Shown here piece by piece: positions 16,714 through 26,019 of a stretch of DNA of 64,000 bases. The stretch's first letter is position 1. Each line of letters starts with the position of its first letter. The DNA is from a virus (lineage: Duplodnaviria > Heunggongvirae > Uroviricota > Caudoviricetes): the IMG/VR virus record IMGVR_UViG_3300046692_000385; one strand, written 5' to 3'. The position numbers were made by a program, and so were the translations under genes. The notes under the pieces were generated by a model. The model did no database searches. It had not been told where the DNA came from and worked only from the letters and a program-made list of their open reading frames with translations.

Positions 16714-18649
16714 GTTCGGTCGCTCCTGACACCTTCGAGACGCCACCTTCCTTCTCGACCGTGATGATGTTGTCCACCCAGTCCGCCAGCGAGTTGTGGC
16801 TGATGACGAGGACCGTGCCGCGCTCGCGAGCCTTGCGTTCAAGGACGCTCATGAGGCGCTCGAGCCCTGCTTCGTCGAGCGCGTGGTCGATTTCGTCGCC
16901 GATCCAGAGGTTGATCGGCTTGGTCGCGCGCGTCGCTACCATGTCCTGCAGCGCCATTGAGGCGGCCAGGCGTGCTTTGCGCTTTTCACCGCCCGAGAGG
17001 CCCGCGAACGACTTGGCGCCCTTGTCGTTGGTGACGTCGATGTTGAACTTCTCCTTCAACTCTCCCTTCGCCGTCTTCGCGAGCGTGTTCCAGGTCGCGT
17101 GAATGTTGCCGTCGGCCAAGATGCCGAGATAGTCGGAAGTCTGCTCGTTGAGAATCGGCGTCACCGTGTCGAGGATGTGGGCGCGCACACCGGCGGGTCC
17201 GTAGACCTTGACGACGGCTGCCGCCAGCTCGACCGCTTCGACTGCCTTGTCGAGCGCAGCCTGTGCGTCACCCAGACGGTTCTCGGCCTTTTGGCGCTTC
17301 TCGCGCGCAGCAGCCTCCACCTTCGCCCAGGGGTTCTCCGCCTTCAGATGCGCGGTGGCGGCCGCCTTCAGTGCGTCAATCTGAGCGCCGAGCGTCGATT
17401 GCTGCCGCTTGAGCGTGCGAATCTCGTTCAGGGCATTGTTCAAAAGCGTGCTCTTGCGTGCCACTTCGCTAACGTCAGTCATCGACGCTTTGAACTTCGT
17501 GGCGGCTTCTTGCAGCGCTTTGAGTTCTTCCTGTCGCTCGCGAAGCGACTTCGCCACCGGCACGAGTTCGCCCTTCGTCTCGGCGATGTTTTTCACACGC
17601 GCTGCCTTCGCCGCTTCGAGGTCGTGCTCGCAATACGACTTGCCGCACTCGCCGCATGGCTTGCCAATGAGCGATTCGACTTCAGTCAGCCCCTTCTGTT
17701 GGAGTTCGAGCCGCTTCTTTCCAGCAACCAGCGTTACCGTCGTGGTGGCAATCTCGCGCTCCTTCGCCGACACCGCGCGGTTATGGTCGTCCATGAGCCG
17801 CTGCTCGGCCTTCTGGTCGTCGAGCTTCGTCTGCAGGGCGTCGATTTCGTTGGCGAGATCCACTTCGCTCGCGTGCGCGGCGATCTTTGTCTCGACTTCC
17901 TTGACCTGTGCCTGGATCGGCGGCACCTTCGCGAGCTCCAGCTTCGCGCGGTCCTTGCGCTGCGATTCGAACAGGGCCTTCTGCTCCTCTGCCGACTTCA
18001 CTTCGTCACCCGCAGCACTGACCGCGGCGATGGCGTTGTCGCGCTCGCTGCGTGCGATCTTCTCGGTGGATTCAGCGGCGAGCGCGCGCTTGCGAGCCTC
18101 CGCGTAGGCTTCGGTCAGAATCTCGACGCCGGCCGACTCCTCGATCAGCGCCTTGAGGTTCTTGTCGGTCATGCCCGGCAGGTCGGGCATTTTTTCTTGC
18201 CCAGCATATACGGCAGCCGCGAAGACCTCTTTGGACGAGCCGACGATCTTGTCGACCACCTTCTGCGTCTCCTTGTCGGTGCCCTTCGAGAGATCGTTCC
18301 AGCCAAGCGGCGTTTGTTGCTTGGCGATCAGCGCGTTCTTGATCTCCTTGCTCTTGCGACCGCGAGCAATTTCGTAGACGTGCGGACCGTCCTCGATGAT
18401 CACCGACACGTGGCAATCCTTGCCGGCGGTGTCGTTGATCACGTCATCACCCGAGACGCCACGCGCGGTTTCGCCATAGAGCACCCAGAACAGCGCGTCG
18501 ACGATGGAGCTTTTGCCCGCACCGTTGGACTTCGCTGACGGGTCGTCGAGGTTCTCGCCCTGGATGAGCAGCAGCCCGCGGTTGTCCAGCTCGAGCTTGG
18601 CTTCCCCGATCGTGAGGAAGTTTTTGATTGAAAGCGATTTGATGTCCAT
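16700..18649 (-). CDS. sbcC: SbcC/Rad50-like ATPase
   Basis: N-terminal Walker A GENLDDPSAKSNGAGKSS, long coiled coil, CGECG zinc hook-like, C-terminal signature and D-loop. Confidence 0.75.
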   Translation of the reverse strand: MDIKSLSIKNFLTIGEAKLELDNRGLLLIQGENLDDPSAKSNGAGKSSIVDALFWVLYGETARGVSGDDVINDTAGKDCHVSVIIEDGPHVYEIARGRKSKEIKNALIAKQQTPLGWNDLSKGTDKETQKVVDKIVGSSKEVFAAAVYAGQEKMPDLPGMTDKNLKALIEESAGVEILTEAYAEARKRALAAESTEKIARSERDNAIAAVSAAGDEVKSAEEQKALFESQRKDRAKLELAKVPPIQAQVKEVETKIAAHASEVDLANEIDALQTKLDDQKAEQRLMDDHNRAVSAKEREIATTTVTLVAGKKRLELQQKGLTEVESLIGKPCGECGKSYCEHDLEAAKAARVKNIAETKGELVPVAKSLRERQEELKALQEAATKFKASMTDVSEVARKSTLLNNALNEIRTLKRQQSTLGAQIDALKAAATAHLKAENPWAKVEAAAREKRQKAENRLGDAQAALDKAVEAVELAAAVVKVYGPAGVRAHILDTVTPILNEQTSDYLGILADGNIHATWNTLAKTAKGELKEKFNIDVTNDKGAKSFAGLSGGEKRKARLAASMALQDMVATRATKPINLWIGDEIDHALDEAGLERLMSVLERKARERGTVLVISHNSLADWVDNIITVEKEGGVSKVSGATERGSV

Positions 18650-18924
18650 TATTCTTGCCCCTCGATGTATTCCTTGATGACGTCGCCATGACAGGCGAGC
18701 GGTTTGCAGAAGCAGCCCAGGCGCTTGCCTTTGAGCGCCATCACCCGGTCGTGAAAGCCCGGATCGGCGCGCAGCTTCTCCCTGAAGTGCGAGCGGTAGC
18801 CCTCGATCACTTCGTCACGCGTGCCATTGGGTCCGATCTGATACGGATTTCCAAACTCGGACCCTCGCCCGATGTAGACGTCGAACGAATCGCGCCGCTT
18901 GTTGACGACGAGGGTTTGGCTCAT
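18649..18924 (-). CDS. DUF4326-family protein
   Basis: FDVYIGRGSEFGNPY motif; start MSQTLVV at 18924. Confidence 0.5.
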   Translation of the reverse strand: MSQTLVVNKRRDSFDVYIGRGSEFGNPYQIGPNGTRDEVIEGYRSHFREKLRADPGFHDRVMALKGKRLGCFCKPLACHGDVIKEYIEGQE

Positions 18925-19091
18925 ACTTTCACCCGATCGCACAGTTGTTCGTAGGTCAGCGCGCCCGGCAGGTCGCGCAGGTAGCGGAACCCCAGGCGCT
19001 CATTGCCCCAGTGGGCGAACAGCTTCCCGAACCACGCCTCGAACTGCCCCATCGGCTGCGAGAGCTTTTCGGCATCGGTCAGCGTGCTCAT
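18921..19091 (-). CDS. hypothetical small protein (56 aa, MSTLTDAEKL..)
   Basis: ATGA overlaps at both ends (sbcD stop, DUF4326 start); below ORF-track size cutoff. Confidence 0.3.
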   Translation of the reverse strand: MSTLTDAEKLSQPMGQFEAWFGKLFAHWGNERLGFRYLRDLPGALTYEQLCDRVKV

Positions 19092-20149
19092 GCTTCCACC
19101 GCGCGCACGGAATCAAGCACGTCCTGACACAGCTTCGCGACGTCTGCCTCGCGCGCGAGCCCCATCCCCTTCACGAAGTCGTGGACCGATGCGTCGAGCG
19201 TCGTGCCCGCTTTGATGCCGCCACCCGTGCGCACGATGGCGGTCGGGCTTTTCTGCACGTTGAGCACGACCCCCTTCGCGCCGTGCGTGAAGAGGAACTC
19301 GCGCAGGCCCTCGATCTCCTCGACCTTCGCCGAGTGAATGGAGGCGCGCACGTAGTTGCCATCGACGATCAGCGGCACGTCATCCGGGTCCGTGCTCGCA
19401 TCGAGCTCCACGAATTCCGGTGCGTGCGACTTCATCCACTTGACGCTCGTCTCGTCCACGATCAGAAAGCCCGCCTTCGCGCCGATGTCCGACCAGGTTT
19501 GAGGCGTGAGTGAGCCGATGCTGTAGACGCCACCGCCCAGATCACGATGCGCATGGTAGTGGCCTGCAAAGATGCGACGAAAGCCGAGCGACTGCAGGTA
19601 GGCGGGGTCGAGACCGTGATCGGGGATGCCGGGGATCACGCCATCGATCGGCGCGTGGATCATCAGGTCGCATGCCGGGCGATCCGCCGGGTCGATCGAC
19701 TCGATCTGAGCCTTCAGACCTGCGATTGACGGATTCCAGGGGATCATCGCCACGTGGTCGCTTGCGGCCAACCCCCTGAAGCTGAATTCGTTGACGATGG
19801 TGCAGCCGATGCCTTCGAGCGCGGTGATGGCGCTGCTGATGCGCGACGCCTCTTTATGCTCAAGGTCGTGATTCCCTGCGAGGATCACGATCTGCACGCC
19901 CATGTTCAAAATCGACTTGTAGGTGTCGATGGTCGGGTTGAGCACGGAGGGCGCGATCGATCCGCGCACATGGAACAGGTCGCCCGCGTGATACATGACC
20001 GAGCCGCCCGCCTTCTTCACCTCCCACGCGCAGCGGACCGTCTCATCCAGAATCATCTGGAGGCGGGAATTCACACCATTCGGCAGCGTCGTTGCGAACG
20101 CATTCCACGAATGATTGTGTGTGTCTGAAATTACGCCATACGGTCGCAT
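19088..20149 (-). CDS. sbcD: SbcD/Mre11-like nuclease
   Basis: Calcineurin-like phosphoesterase motifs (GVISDTHNH, GDLFH, GNHD). Confidence 0.8.
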   Translation of the reverse strand: MRPYGVISDTHNHSWNAFATTLPNGVNSRLQMILDETVRCAWEVKKAGGSVMYHAGDLFHVRGSIAPSVLNPTIDTYKSILNMGVQIVILAGNHDLEHKEASRISSAITALEGIGCTIVNEFSFRGLAASDHVAMIPWNPSIAGLKAQIESIDPADRPACDLMIHAPIDGVIPGIPDHGLDPAYLQSLGFRRIFAGHYHAHRDLGGGVYSIGSLTPQTWSDIGAKAGFLIVDETSVKWMKSHAPEFVELDASTDPDDVPLIVDGNYVRASIHSAKVEEIEGLREFLFTHGAKGVVLNVQKSPTAIVRTGGGIKAGTTLDASVHDFVKGMGLAREADVAKLCQDVLDSVRAVEA

Positions 20150-20159
20150 TCTTTCTCCT

Positions 20160-20175
20160 TAGTCACTTTTGACTC
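20160..20175. promoter_or_regulatory. motif TAGTCACTTTTGACTC abutting sbcD RBS
   Basis: GAGTCAAAAGTGACTAAGGAGAAAGAATG on minus strand. Confidence 0.45.
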
Positions 20176-20181
20176 ATCCTG

Positions 20182-20583
20182 CTATCTGAAAAACACATGG
20201 TTTCCGGCGGCATAGACACGCTCCATGTCCCGGTCCCAAACTGGGTGGACTTCGCGCACGTGGTAATACATCGCGCCGCGCGTGAAATCGTGGGCTTTCT
20301 TCTTCAACGTCACATACGCCACCGCACGCGCGAGCCTCCAGGCTTTCTCGTCACGCGGTAACGCCCGGTTGGTGATCTTCCAGCGCCCTTTCTGGCGAAT
20401 CACGAGCTTGTTCGTCCAGGAGAACTGCTTGGGCGCCATCACCACCTTGCAGACATTCGCGGGGTCTCCCTCTGCCCGGTTCATCGTCGTCATTGCGACT
20501 GCGAGTTGGCCCGCTATGGGTTCTCCTCTAGCCTCATGAAACACGTTAAGAGCCATACACAGGAAAGCACTCGCTAATATCAT
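20182..20583 (-). CDS. SleB-like cell-wall hydrolase
   Basis: ALNVFHEARGEP...GQLAVAMTTMNRA...CKVVMAPKQFSW matches SleB (Hydrolase_2) core; ORF-track start is TTG inside the promoter, ATG at 20583 assumed. Confidence 0.5.
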   Translation of the reverse strand: MILASAFLCMALNVFHEARGEPIAGQLAVAMTTMNRAEGDPANVCKVVMAPKQFSWTNKLVIRQKGRWKITNRALPRDEKAWRLARAVAYVTLKKKAHDFTRGAMYYHVREVHPVWDRDMERVYAAGNHVFFR

Positions 20584-20626
20584 CAATTCCTCATCAAATT
20601 GCTCACAAAAGACATTATACAACGCA

Positions 20627-20642
20627 CAGTCAGGGATGACTG
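20627..20642. promoter_or_regulatory. motif CAGTCAGGGATGACTG + extended -10 TGTATAAT
   Basis: 7 nt spacing to TGTATAAT upstream of SleB-like gene. Confidence 0.55.
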
Positions 20643-21008
20643 TTATCGTAACGACATCGCCTTCGCAATTCCCTTCGCAGTTTTACCCGGATGATGGCGA
20701 AAACGGATCAGCGGGAGCCCTCTTTGCCGCGTCGTGCCCCAGTGCGCGAACGAGTGCGGGTCATCGAAGAAGTCTTCCACGAAGGTGAGGTAGAGCTTGC
20801 CGGTCTTGCCGGTAGTCTTCACGCCCACTACCTTGATGCCGCGCGCCCTGCACTCTTCGAGCGTAGCCACGTCCAGACACCAGGCGTTTCGCTTCTGGTA
20901 GACCTCGCGGCTCTTGCGCGAGGCGACGTAGCAGGCCCGACCGGAATCGAGGTAGTGCCACCAGCCATACATGCGGCCGTGAACGGTGTGGATGTAGCGG
21001 TTTGCCAT
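20643..21008 (-). CDS. hypothetical protein
   Basis: 121-aa ORF. Confidence 0.45.
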   Translation of the reverse strand: MANRYIHTVHGRMYGWWHYLDSGRACYVASRKSREVYQKRNAWCLDVATLEECRARGIKVVGVKTTGKTGKLYLTFVEDFFDDPHSFAHWGTTRQRGLPLIRFRHHPGKTAKGIAKAMSLR

Positions 21009-21289
21009 CAGAAGCCGCCCCAGTCGTCGCCCTCGTAGTGCTCGACCATCTCCAGCGCTTCAATCTCGCGCGCCGCTTCTGCCATCCGACGCTGAACCTT
21101 CAGCGCGCGACGATGCGCCTTACCCGTCTTGCCGAGTGCGGGTGTTTTGGGCGATGCGTTCTCCAGCACTTTGCTCATCGGCACGACCTTGCCTTTCGGC
21201 ACATATTGGCCGCCTTCGGGCCACATACCGCTCGGCTGTTGACTGTAGCCCGCTTCCTGCTTTTGCCACCGCTCTTGCTCGCGATACAT
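21008..21289 (-). CDS. hypothetical protein, C-terminus ..DDWGGF
   Basis: 93-aa ORF. Confidence 0.4.
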   Translation of the reverse strand: MYREQERWQKQEAGYSQQPSGMWPEGGQYVPKGKVVPMSKVLENASPKTPALGKTGKAHRRALKVQRRMAEAAREIEALEMVEHYEGDDWGGF

Positions 21290-21687
21290 CAGAAACCTCC
21301 CCAGTCCATCGATTCGTAAACCGCGGCCTTCTCAGCCGCTTCCCGCTCTGCTGCGCGCTTCGCCTCGCGCTTCTCTGCCGTGTATTCCTCCGGCAGCAGG
21401 TAGCTGTATTGGGCGCGGCAGCGTTCGTCATCGATGATCTTGTCGAGGATCGCCGTGAGCAGCTCGGGATCGAACTGGACGTGCATCTCCGACTTCGGGT
21501 GCGGATCGAGGTGCTTGTCGAGCAGCCAGCAGAGGTAGGTCGGATGCTTTTCGAGGATGTGGCTGACCTGCATCTCCCTGTATTTGCCGAAGCCAAAGAA
21601 GCCGTCGAGCTTCAGGGTCGGCCGATACTGAGCGTTGCGCAGCTTGACGGGCGTGACTTCCAGTTCCGTGCTCACCATGCACCCCAC
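21289..21687 (-). CDS. DUF3820-like protein, C-terminus ..DWGGF
   Basis: FGFGKYREMQVSHILEKHPTYLCWLLD matches FGKYKG...YLxWL signature. Confidence 0.45.
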   Translation of the reverse strand: MGCMVSTELEVTPVKLRNAQYRPTLKLDGFFGFGKYREMQVSHILEKHPTYLCWLLDKHLDPHPKSEMHVQFDPELLTAILDKIIDDERCRAQYSYLLPEEYTAEKREAKRAAEREAAEKAAVYESMDWGGF

Positions 21688-22058
21688 TCGTCACCGTAGG
21701 TGGTGACAAAGGCGACCGGAGCGGATTGCTCGCGGGTAGCCGGCGTGGGCGTCGGCAGGTCATACATGCGGGGGTCGTCGACCTCACAAGCGTTCTCGGC
21801 CGCAGCCATCGTTACCATGAAGTCGGGCGGGTTCGTCGTCCAGTTGGCGAAATCTCTCCGCTGTTTGGCCGACGCGCGCGAGACGAGCCAGCCATCCAGT
21901 TTTCTATTCACCACGTCGTCGAAGAACGCCTGGCGTTTGGTTTTGGCGATGTTGTCGCGCAGCCACAGCAGGTAGGTGGCTTCTTCCGAGAGTATGTCTT
22001 TGATCATGCGGCCCTTGTGCTTGCCAAAGGCCATCACATCACTCAATCCGTTGCTCAT
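21672..22058 (-). CDS. DUF3820-like paralog, C-terminus ..EWGAW
   Basis: AFGKHKGRMIKDILSEEATYLLWLRD; paralog of previous gene. Confidence 0.45.
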   Translation of the reverse strand: MSNGLSDVMAFGKHKGRMIKDILSEEATYLLWLRDNIAKTKRQAFFDDVVNRKLDGWLVSRASAKQRRDFANWTTNPPDFMVTMAAAENACEVDDPRMYDLPTPTPATREQSAPVAFVTTYGDEWGAW

Positions 22059-22405
22059 TCAATCCTCCGCAGGAATATCACTGTGGTTTTCTTCGTGGGT
22101 GTGGCTATGTGCGGCCCGTTGATCTTCTGTAACAGGCTCATCAGCCGCTCCGCGTTGTTCCCATCCGGCGTATCCAGCTCCGTGTGGTTGGTCGCGGCGT
22201 GCTGCGCGCACATTTCAGCCAGGCGCCCCACCTCTACTTTCTCGACAACTGCTTTGCCAAAGACCTCGCGGGCTTTCGAGTCCATGAGGAACACTTCCTC
22301 GCCCTCAGTCAGATGCTTGGCGTAGAAGCCGCCAATTCGAAACGTATTGAACTGCCCTTCGACGCCGACGACCGGCGGAATAAAATCGACTACGCGCGTT
22401 TTCAT
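22055..22405 (-). CDS. hypothetical protein (possible ASCH/PUA-like)
   Basis: 116-aa ORF, weak resemblance only. Confidence 0.35.
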   Translation of the reverse strand: MKTRVVDFIPPVVGVEGQFNTFRIGGFYAKHLTEGEEVFLMDSKAREVFGKAVVEKVEVGRLAEMCAQHAATNHTELDTPDGNNAERLMSLLQKINGPHIATPTKKTTVIFLRRIE

Positions 22406-22438
22406 GGGACGACCCCGACTAAGTTGTGATGCTTTAAT

Positions 22439-22458
22439 CTTAGTCAGGGCCGACTAAG
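22439..22458. promoter_or_regulatory. variant palindrome CTTAGTC-AGGGCC-GACTAAG plus extra half-site GACTAAG at 22417
   Basis: Same TAGTC-N6-GACTA spacing as main motif. Confidence 0.45.
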
Positions 22459-22463
22459 CGCCG

Positions 22464-23552
22464 TTAGGCAGCTTTTTCCAGCTTCGCTACGGGCGTTTCA
22501 AACTCCGTCTCGATCGCCGTCGAGGGCAGGAACTTCAGCAACTCGGCACGCGTGCCTTCTGCGTTGATCTTCGCGGCCAACGCCTTCAGGTAATACTTCT
22601 TGCCATCCGTCCACGTGATGTAGCCCGCGTTGAACGGAATCAGCTTGTTCTCCGTCAGGAACTCCAGCGTGCTGTGGACCGGATCGAAGCGCGCCACGTC
22701 GTTCTCGTCAAACATCATGCGCAGTTGCGCCTTCTTGAACGGCTTGGTGAGCTTCGACTTAACCACGTGGATCTTGATGTTCTGACCGACGAACTCCTTG
22801 CCGGAGCCCTTGACCTCAACCATGATCTTTTCCCGTGCGAGCGAGAGCCGAGCCGTCGAGTAAAACTCCATCGCCGATCCGCCCGGCGTGGTCGTCGGGT
22901 CGCCAAACATCACGCCGATCTTCTGGCGAATCTGGTTCAGATAGACCAACGTCGCGTCCGTGTCCTCTGCGTGCTGCGCCATCACCTTGAGAGTGGTGGA
23001 GGTCACGCGCGAGAGCGCCGACGTGTCATTCATCGTCAGTTCGTCGATGCCGCGCTCCTTACCCTTGCCGTCGACCAACATCGACTTCGGGATGGCGGAA
23101 GCGATCGAGTCCTGGATCACGAGAATCGGCGCGTCGGCAGGGATTGCGCCCGAACCGCGGATCGCATGAATCGCCTTCGCCGCGATCGTGTTGCCCTCTT
23201 CCCATGTGCGCGGCTTCACGTAAATCCAGTGCGGACGCTCCACCTTGAGCCCGAACTCTTGTGCCAGGCCCACATCGAACGAACGCTCGTAGTCGACGAA
23301 GATGGCGCAGCCGCCCATGCGCTGTGCCTGCACCATGAATTCGGTCGCCATCGCGGTCTTGCCCGATGACGAGCCGCCAAAGATTTCAATCAAGCGACCG
23401 AACGGCAGGCCGCCGTCGTAGCGGCCCGAGATCGCGTAGTTCAGCGGCGGGTAGCCGGTGTCGATAAATCGCGTCACGGCCTGACCAGCGTGGTTCTCAC
23501 CGATCGCGGCGTCGAGTGCATCGCAGAGGTCATCAAGTTTGCTCATTTTCAT
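22464..23552 (-). CDS. RecA-family recombinase
   Basis: Walker A FGGSSSGKT, Walker B LVIQDSIAS, RecA-like core. Confidence 0.75.
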   Translation of the reverse strand: MKMSKLDDLCDALDAAIGENHAGQAVTRFIDTGYPPLNYAISGRYDGGLPFGRLIEIFGGSSSGKTAMATEFMVQAQRMGGCAIFVDYERSFDVGLAQEFGLKVERPHWIYVKPRTWEEGNTIAAKAIHAIRGSGAIPADAPILVIQDSIASAIPKSMLVDGKGKERGIDELTMNDTSALSRVTSTTLKVMAQHAEDTDATLVYLNQIRQKIGVMFGDPTTTPGGSAMEFYSTARLSLAREKIMVEVKGSGKEFVGQNIKIHVVKSKLTKPFKKAQLRMMFDENDVARFDPVHSTLEFLTENKLIPFNAGYITWTDGKKYYLKALAAKINAEGTRAELLKFLPSTAIETEFETPVAKLEKAA

Positions 23553-23568
23553 TACTCAATTTTGACTG
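23553..23568. promoter_or_regulatory. motif TACTCAATTTTGACTG forming the whole FEN/recA spacer
   Basis: TAA-CAGTCAAAATTGAGTA-ATG on minus strand. Confidence 0.45.
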
Positions 23569-24477
23569 TTAATGTGTGGGCTTGAAAGCGTGGACCCAGG
23601 CGGAAACGTCTTTCGTGATGCTTCGAAACGCCAGCTCCTCGCAGACTTCGGTGAACTTGTCCACGTCGAGCTTTCCTGTCACCACGCGCATGTCGTTCGG
23701 GCTTGGCTTCTCGACCTTGAGGAGCTGCATGAGCCGGAGGTTACGGGCGAAGATCGCGCGTCCCTCTTTCGATGCGAGATTCGCGTGATGCTTATACTTG
23801 GGAACGAAGTCACCGCTGTCACAGCGCTGCCAAAACTTGCGCACAGAACCGAACTCAGCGATGAATAATGGCGCGCGTGTATCACCGAGCCCGCCGGTCC
23901 CATTGATCACGTCAGACGTGTCGCCCACCAGACACTTCCCTTCGAGGAAGGTGTAAGGGGTCGGGAAGCCCGTCTTGTCCATGAAATTCGCGAGCGTGAT
24001 GCGCTTGTCCTCGTCCCGGTGATCCTGCCACGTGACGTTCGGGCGAACCAGTTGGGCCCAGTCCTCGTCGCCCGTAATCAGTTCGATCACGTTCTCGGGC
24101 TTCTTGGTGAGTTCGGCCACGAAGTAGCCCGCCATGTCGTCGGCTTCGTGCTTCATTGCCGTGACCTGACGCACGCCCAGGTGTTCGAGGGCGGTCGCGA
24201 TATACGGGCGCTGCTTCTTGTAGGACTCGCGCTCGGCTTTCTTCTTCGGGTCCGACTCTCGATTGCTTTTGTAGGGAGGATGAAGATCGAAACGCCACTG
24301 CGCCCTTCCATCCCAGAGCCACAAGATGGTGGCATCCGGGCTGCGCTGGCGAAGCGCCCGAGCGGTGCGGATCGAGCCAAAGACGGCTTGAGTTTCGAGG
24401 TCGCCCGAGCGAAGCTTCGTGCCTCGATGAGCGGCATGCCCAACGGAGTTACCGTCAACGATGATGGTTTTAGACAT
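23569..24477 (-). CDS. 5'-3' exonuclease / flap endonuclease
   Basis: N-terminal PIN-like IIVDGNSVGHAAH...WDG...YKSNRE. Confidence 0.75.
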   Translation of the reverse strand: MSKTIIVDGNSVGHAAHRGTKLRSGDLETQAVFGSIRTARALRQRSPDATILWLWDGRAQWRFDLHPPYKSNRESDPKKKAERESYKKQRPYIATALEHLGVRQVTAMKHEADDMAGYFVAELTKKPENVIELITGDEDWAQLVRPNVTWQDHRDEDKRITLANFMDKTGFPTPYTFLEGKCLVGDTSDVINGTGGLGDTRAPLFIAEFGSVRKFWQRCDSGDFVPKYKHHANLASKEGRAIFARNLRLMQLLKVEKPSPNDMRVVTGKLDVDKFTEVCEELAFRSITKDVSAWVHAFKPTH

Positions 24478-24997
24478 TGATGTGACTCCAAGTCTTGCCG
24501 GTGCGGATTTGACTCACCACGGTAGTTGAAACGCCGTGCCTGGCAGCCAAGTCAATACCGCGCTCGCCTTTTGCAAGACCTTTCTTTATTTCAATCACGA
24601 TCGCCTCAGACGTCGTTGCCATCGGGTGCTGCGTGCCGATGGTGGCGGTGCCATGCTTGCGGCGATCTTCCCAATTGCCCTTCGGCGTATCCCACCGCAG
24701 GTTTTCTACTGCGCAGTTAGACTTGTTGCCGTCCTCGTGGCAGCCCTCCATTCCTTCCGGTCGCGAGCCAACAAACGTCGACAAAACGAGCTTGTGGACG
24801 TTGTGCTTGACCGTCTTGCCGTCGCGGTCCGTCAGCGACACGCGCAGGTATCCTTTGTGGTTCGGCGTCTGGACCATGACACGCGACGAGATCGTATTCC
24901 GACCGGCCTTGTCCTTTCGCTCGACACTGCGGATCACGCCAAGCGTAGAGGCTTGATACAGCCCTTCGTAGCCGGGAATGTCTTTGAAAACTTCCAT
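24470..24997 (-). CDS. HNH homing endonuclease (NUMOD4 + HNH_3)
   Basis: IPGYEGLYQAS (NUMOD4) and HNVHKLV...CHEDGNKSNCAVENLRWDT (HNH). Confidence 0.7.
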   Translation of the reverse strand: MEVFKDIPGYEGLYQASTLGVIRSVERKDKAGRNTISSRVMVQTPNHKGYLRVSLTDRDGKTVKHNVHKLVLSTFVGSRPEGMEGCHEDGNKSNCAVENLRWDTPKGNWEDRRKHGTATIGTQHPMATTSEAIVIEIKKGLAKGERGIDLAARHGVSTTVVSQIRTGKTWSHINV

Positions 24998-25014
24998 TAA
25001 TCCTCCACGTGGAC

Positions 25015-25048
25015 GAGAAAAAGGACTGGCACCCGAAAGTGCCAGTCC
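25015..25048 (-). terminator. rho-independent terminator
   Basis: Perfect 10-bp stem GGACUGGCAC-uuucgg-GUGCCAGUCC followed by UUUUUCU on minus strand, after SSB-like gene. Confidence 0.6.
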
Positions 25049-25064
25049 TCAAGGCGTGCGTTGC

Positions 25065-25898
25065 TTACGTGCCGGTGGCTTCCAGGTCGCCCAGGAGGTC
25101 GTCCAGCTCGTCGCTGAGTGCGACGCTTGCGGCCGACGGACCTGCTTCGACCTTCGCATGCGCCATCTCGACTTCACGCAGTTCGTCGTCACCGTCCAGC
25201 TCCGGCGTGCTCGGCTTGTCACGGCTGGCTACGGACGGAGCCGGCAGCAGACCCGCGACATTCGAGATCGCCGACAGCGCGCGACGCGTTTGCTCCTCGT
25301 TCTCCTGGGCGACATACTCGTCCAGGTTGTGGAGCTTGGCTTGCGTGCCCGCTGCCAGTGCGTGCTTCTTCGGCGAAATCTGAACCGAATACTTGGTGTT
25401 CAGACCCTTGCCGTCGCGCTGGATCACGACGATTTGCGGCGTCTCCGCATCGAACATCTGCGGACCCCACTCCTCGATCGTGTCGACCAACTGCGTGAAC
25501 GCCGACTTGCCCAGTTCGTAGATCACCGGGTCTTCCTTCGTCGGACCGTCGAGGTCCAGCACGTTGAGCACAAAGCCTTGCTTCGACTTCGCCTGCTTGA
25601 GCAGCTCCACCGTCTCGTCGTCGGTGGTGACGCGCATCGCCGAATTCAGGCCCGCGCACGCTTGGCAGGGCTTGCCGAACGTTGCTTCGTTGCAGGGGAT
25701 GACTGCCTGGATTTCACCTGCTGCGTTCTTGATGAAGTGCTGACCCCACTCGTGGAAGAACGTTTCCGGGTCTTCCTTGCGCCAGCCGCCGAGAATCACA
25801 AGGCGGTTCGCGCCAGGACGCGGCTTGACCGTTTTTTCCTTCGGCTTGAGTGCGGCCTTCTTTTGCTTCATCAGGGCCATCAGCTTGCTCGTATCCAT
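25065..25898 (-). CDS. putative ssDNA-binding protein (zinc motif, acidic tail)
   Basis: IPCNEATFGKPCQAC zinc-site-like; acidic C-tail DELDDLLGDLEATGT. Confidence 0.4.
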   Translation of the reverse strand: MDTSKLMALMKQKKAALKPKEKTVKPRPGANRLVILGGWRKEDPETFFHEWGQHFIKNAAGEIQAVIPCNEATFGKPCQACAGLNSAMRVTTDDETVELLKQAKSKQGFVLNVLDLDGPTKEDPVIYELGKSAFTQLVDTIEEWGPQMFDAETPQIVVIQRDGKGLNTKYSVQISPKKHALAAGTQAKLHNLDEYVAQENEEQTRRALSAISNVAGLLPAPSVASRDKPSTPELDGDDELREVEMAHAKVEAGPSAASVALSDELDDLLGDLEATGT

Positions 25899-25944
25899 CT
25901 TGTTTCCTTTTTCGTTTGGTAGTTAAAAGATGCCTTTTAGAGTT

Positions 25945-25963
25945 CGCGGTGAGGATCACCGCG
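25945..25963 (-). other. 5'-leader hairpin
   Basis: Perfect CGCGGUGA-ucc-UCACCGCG about 12 nt downstream of motif+TATAAT. Confidence 0.4.
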
Positions 25964-25986
25964 TCATCGTTTCAGCAAATAAATTA

Positions 25987-26002
25987 TAGTCAGGATTGAC
26001 TA
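25987..26002. promoter_or_regulatory. motif TAGTCAGGATTGACTA fused to TATAAT
   Basis: Minus strand TTAGTCAATCCTGACTATAAT. Confidence 0.55.
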
Positions 26003-26019
26003 AGATTCGATGGCAATTT

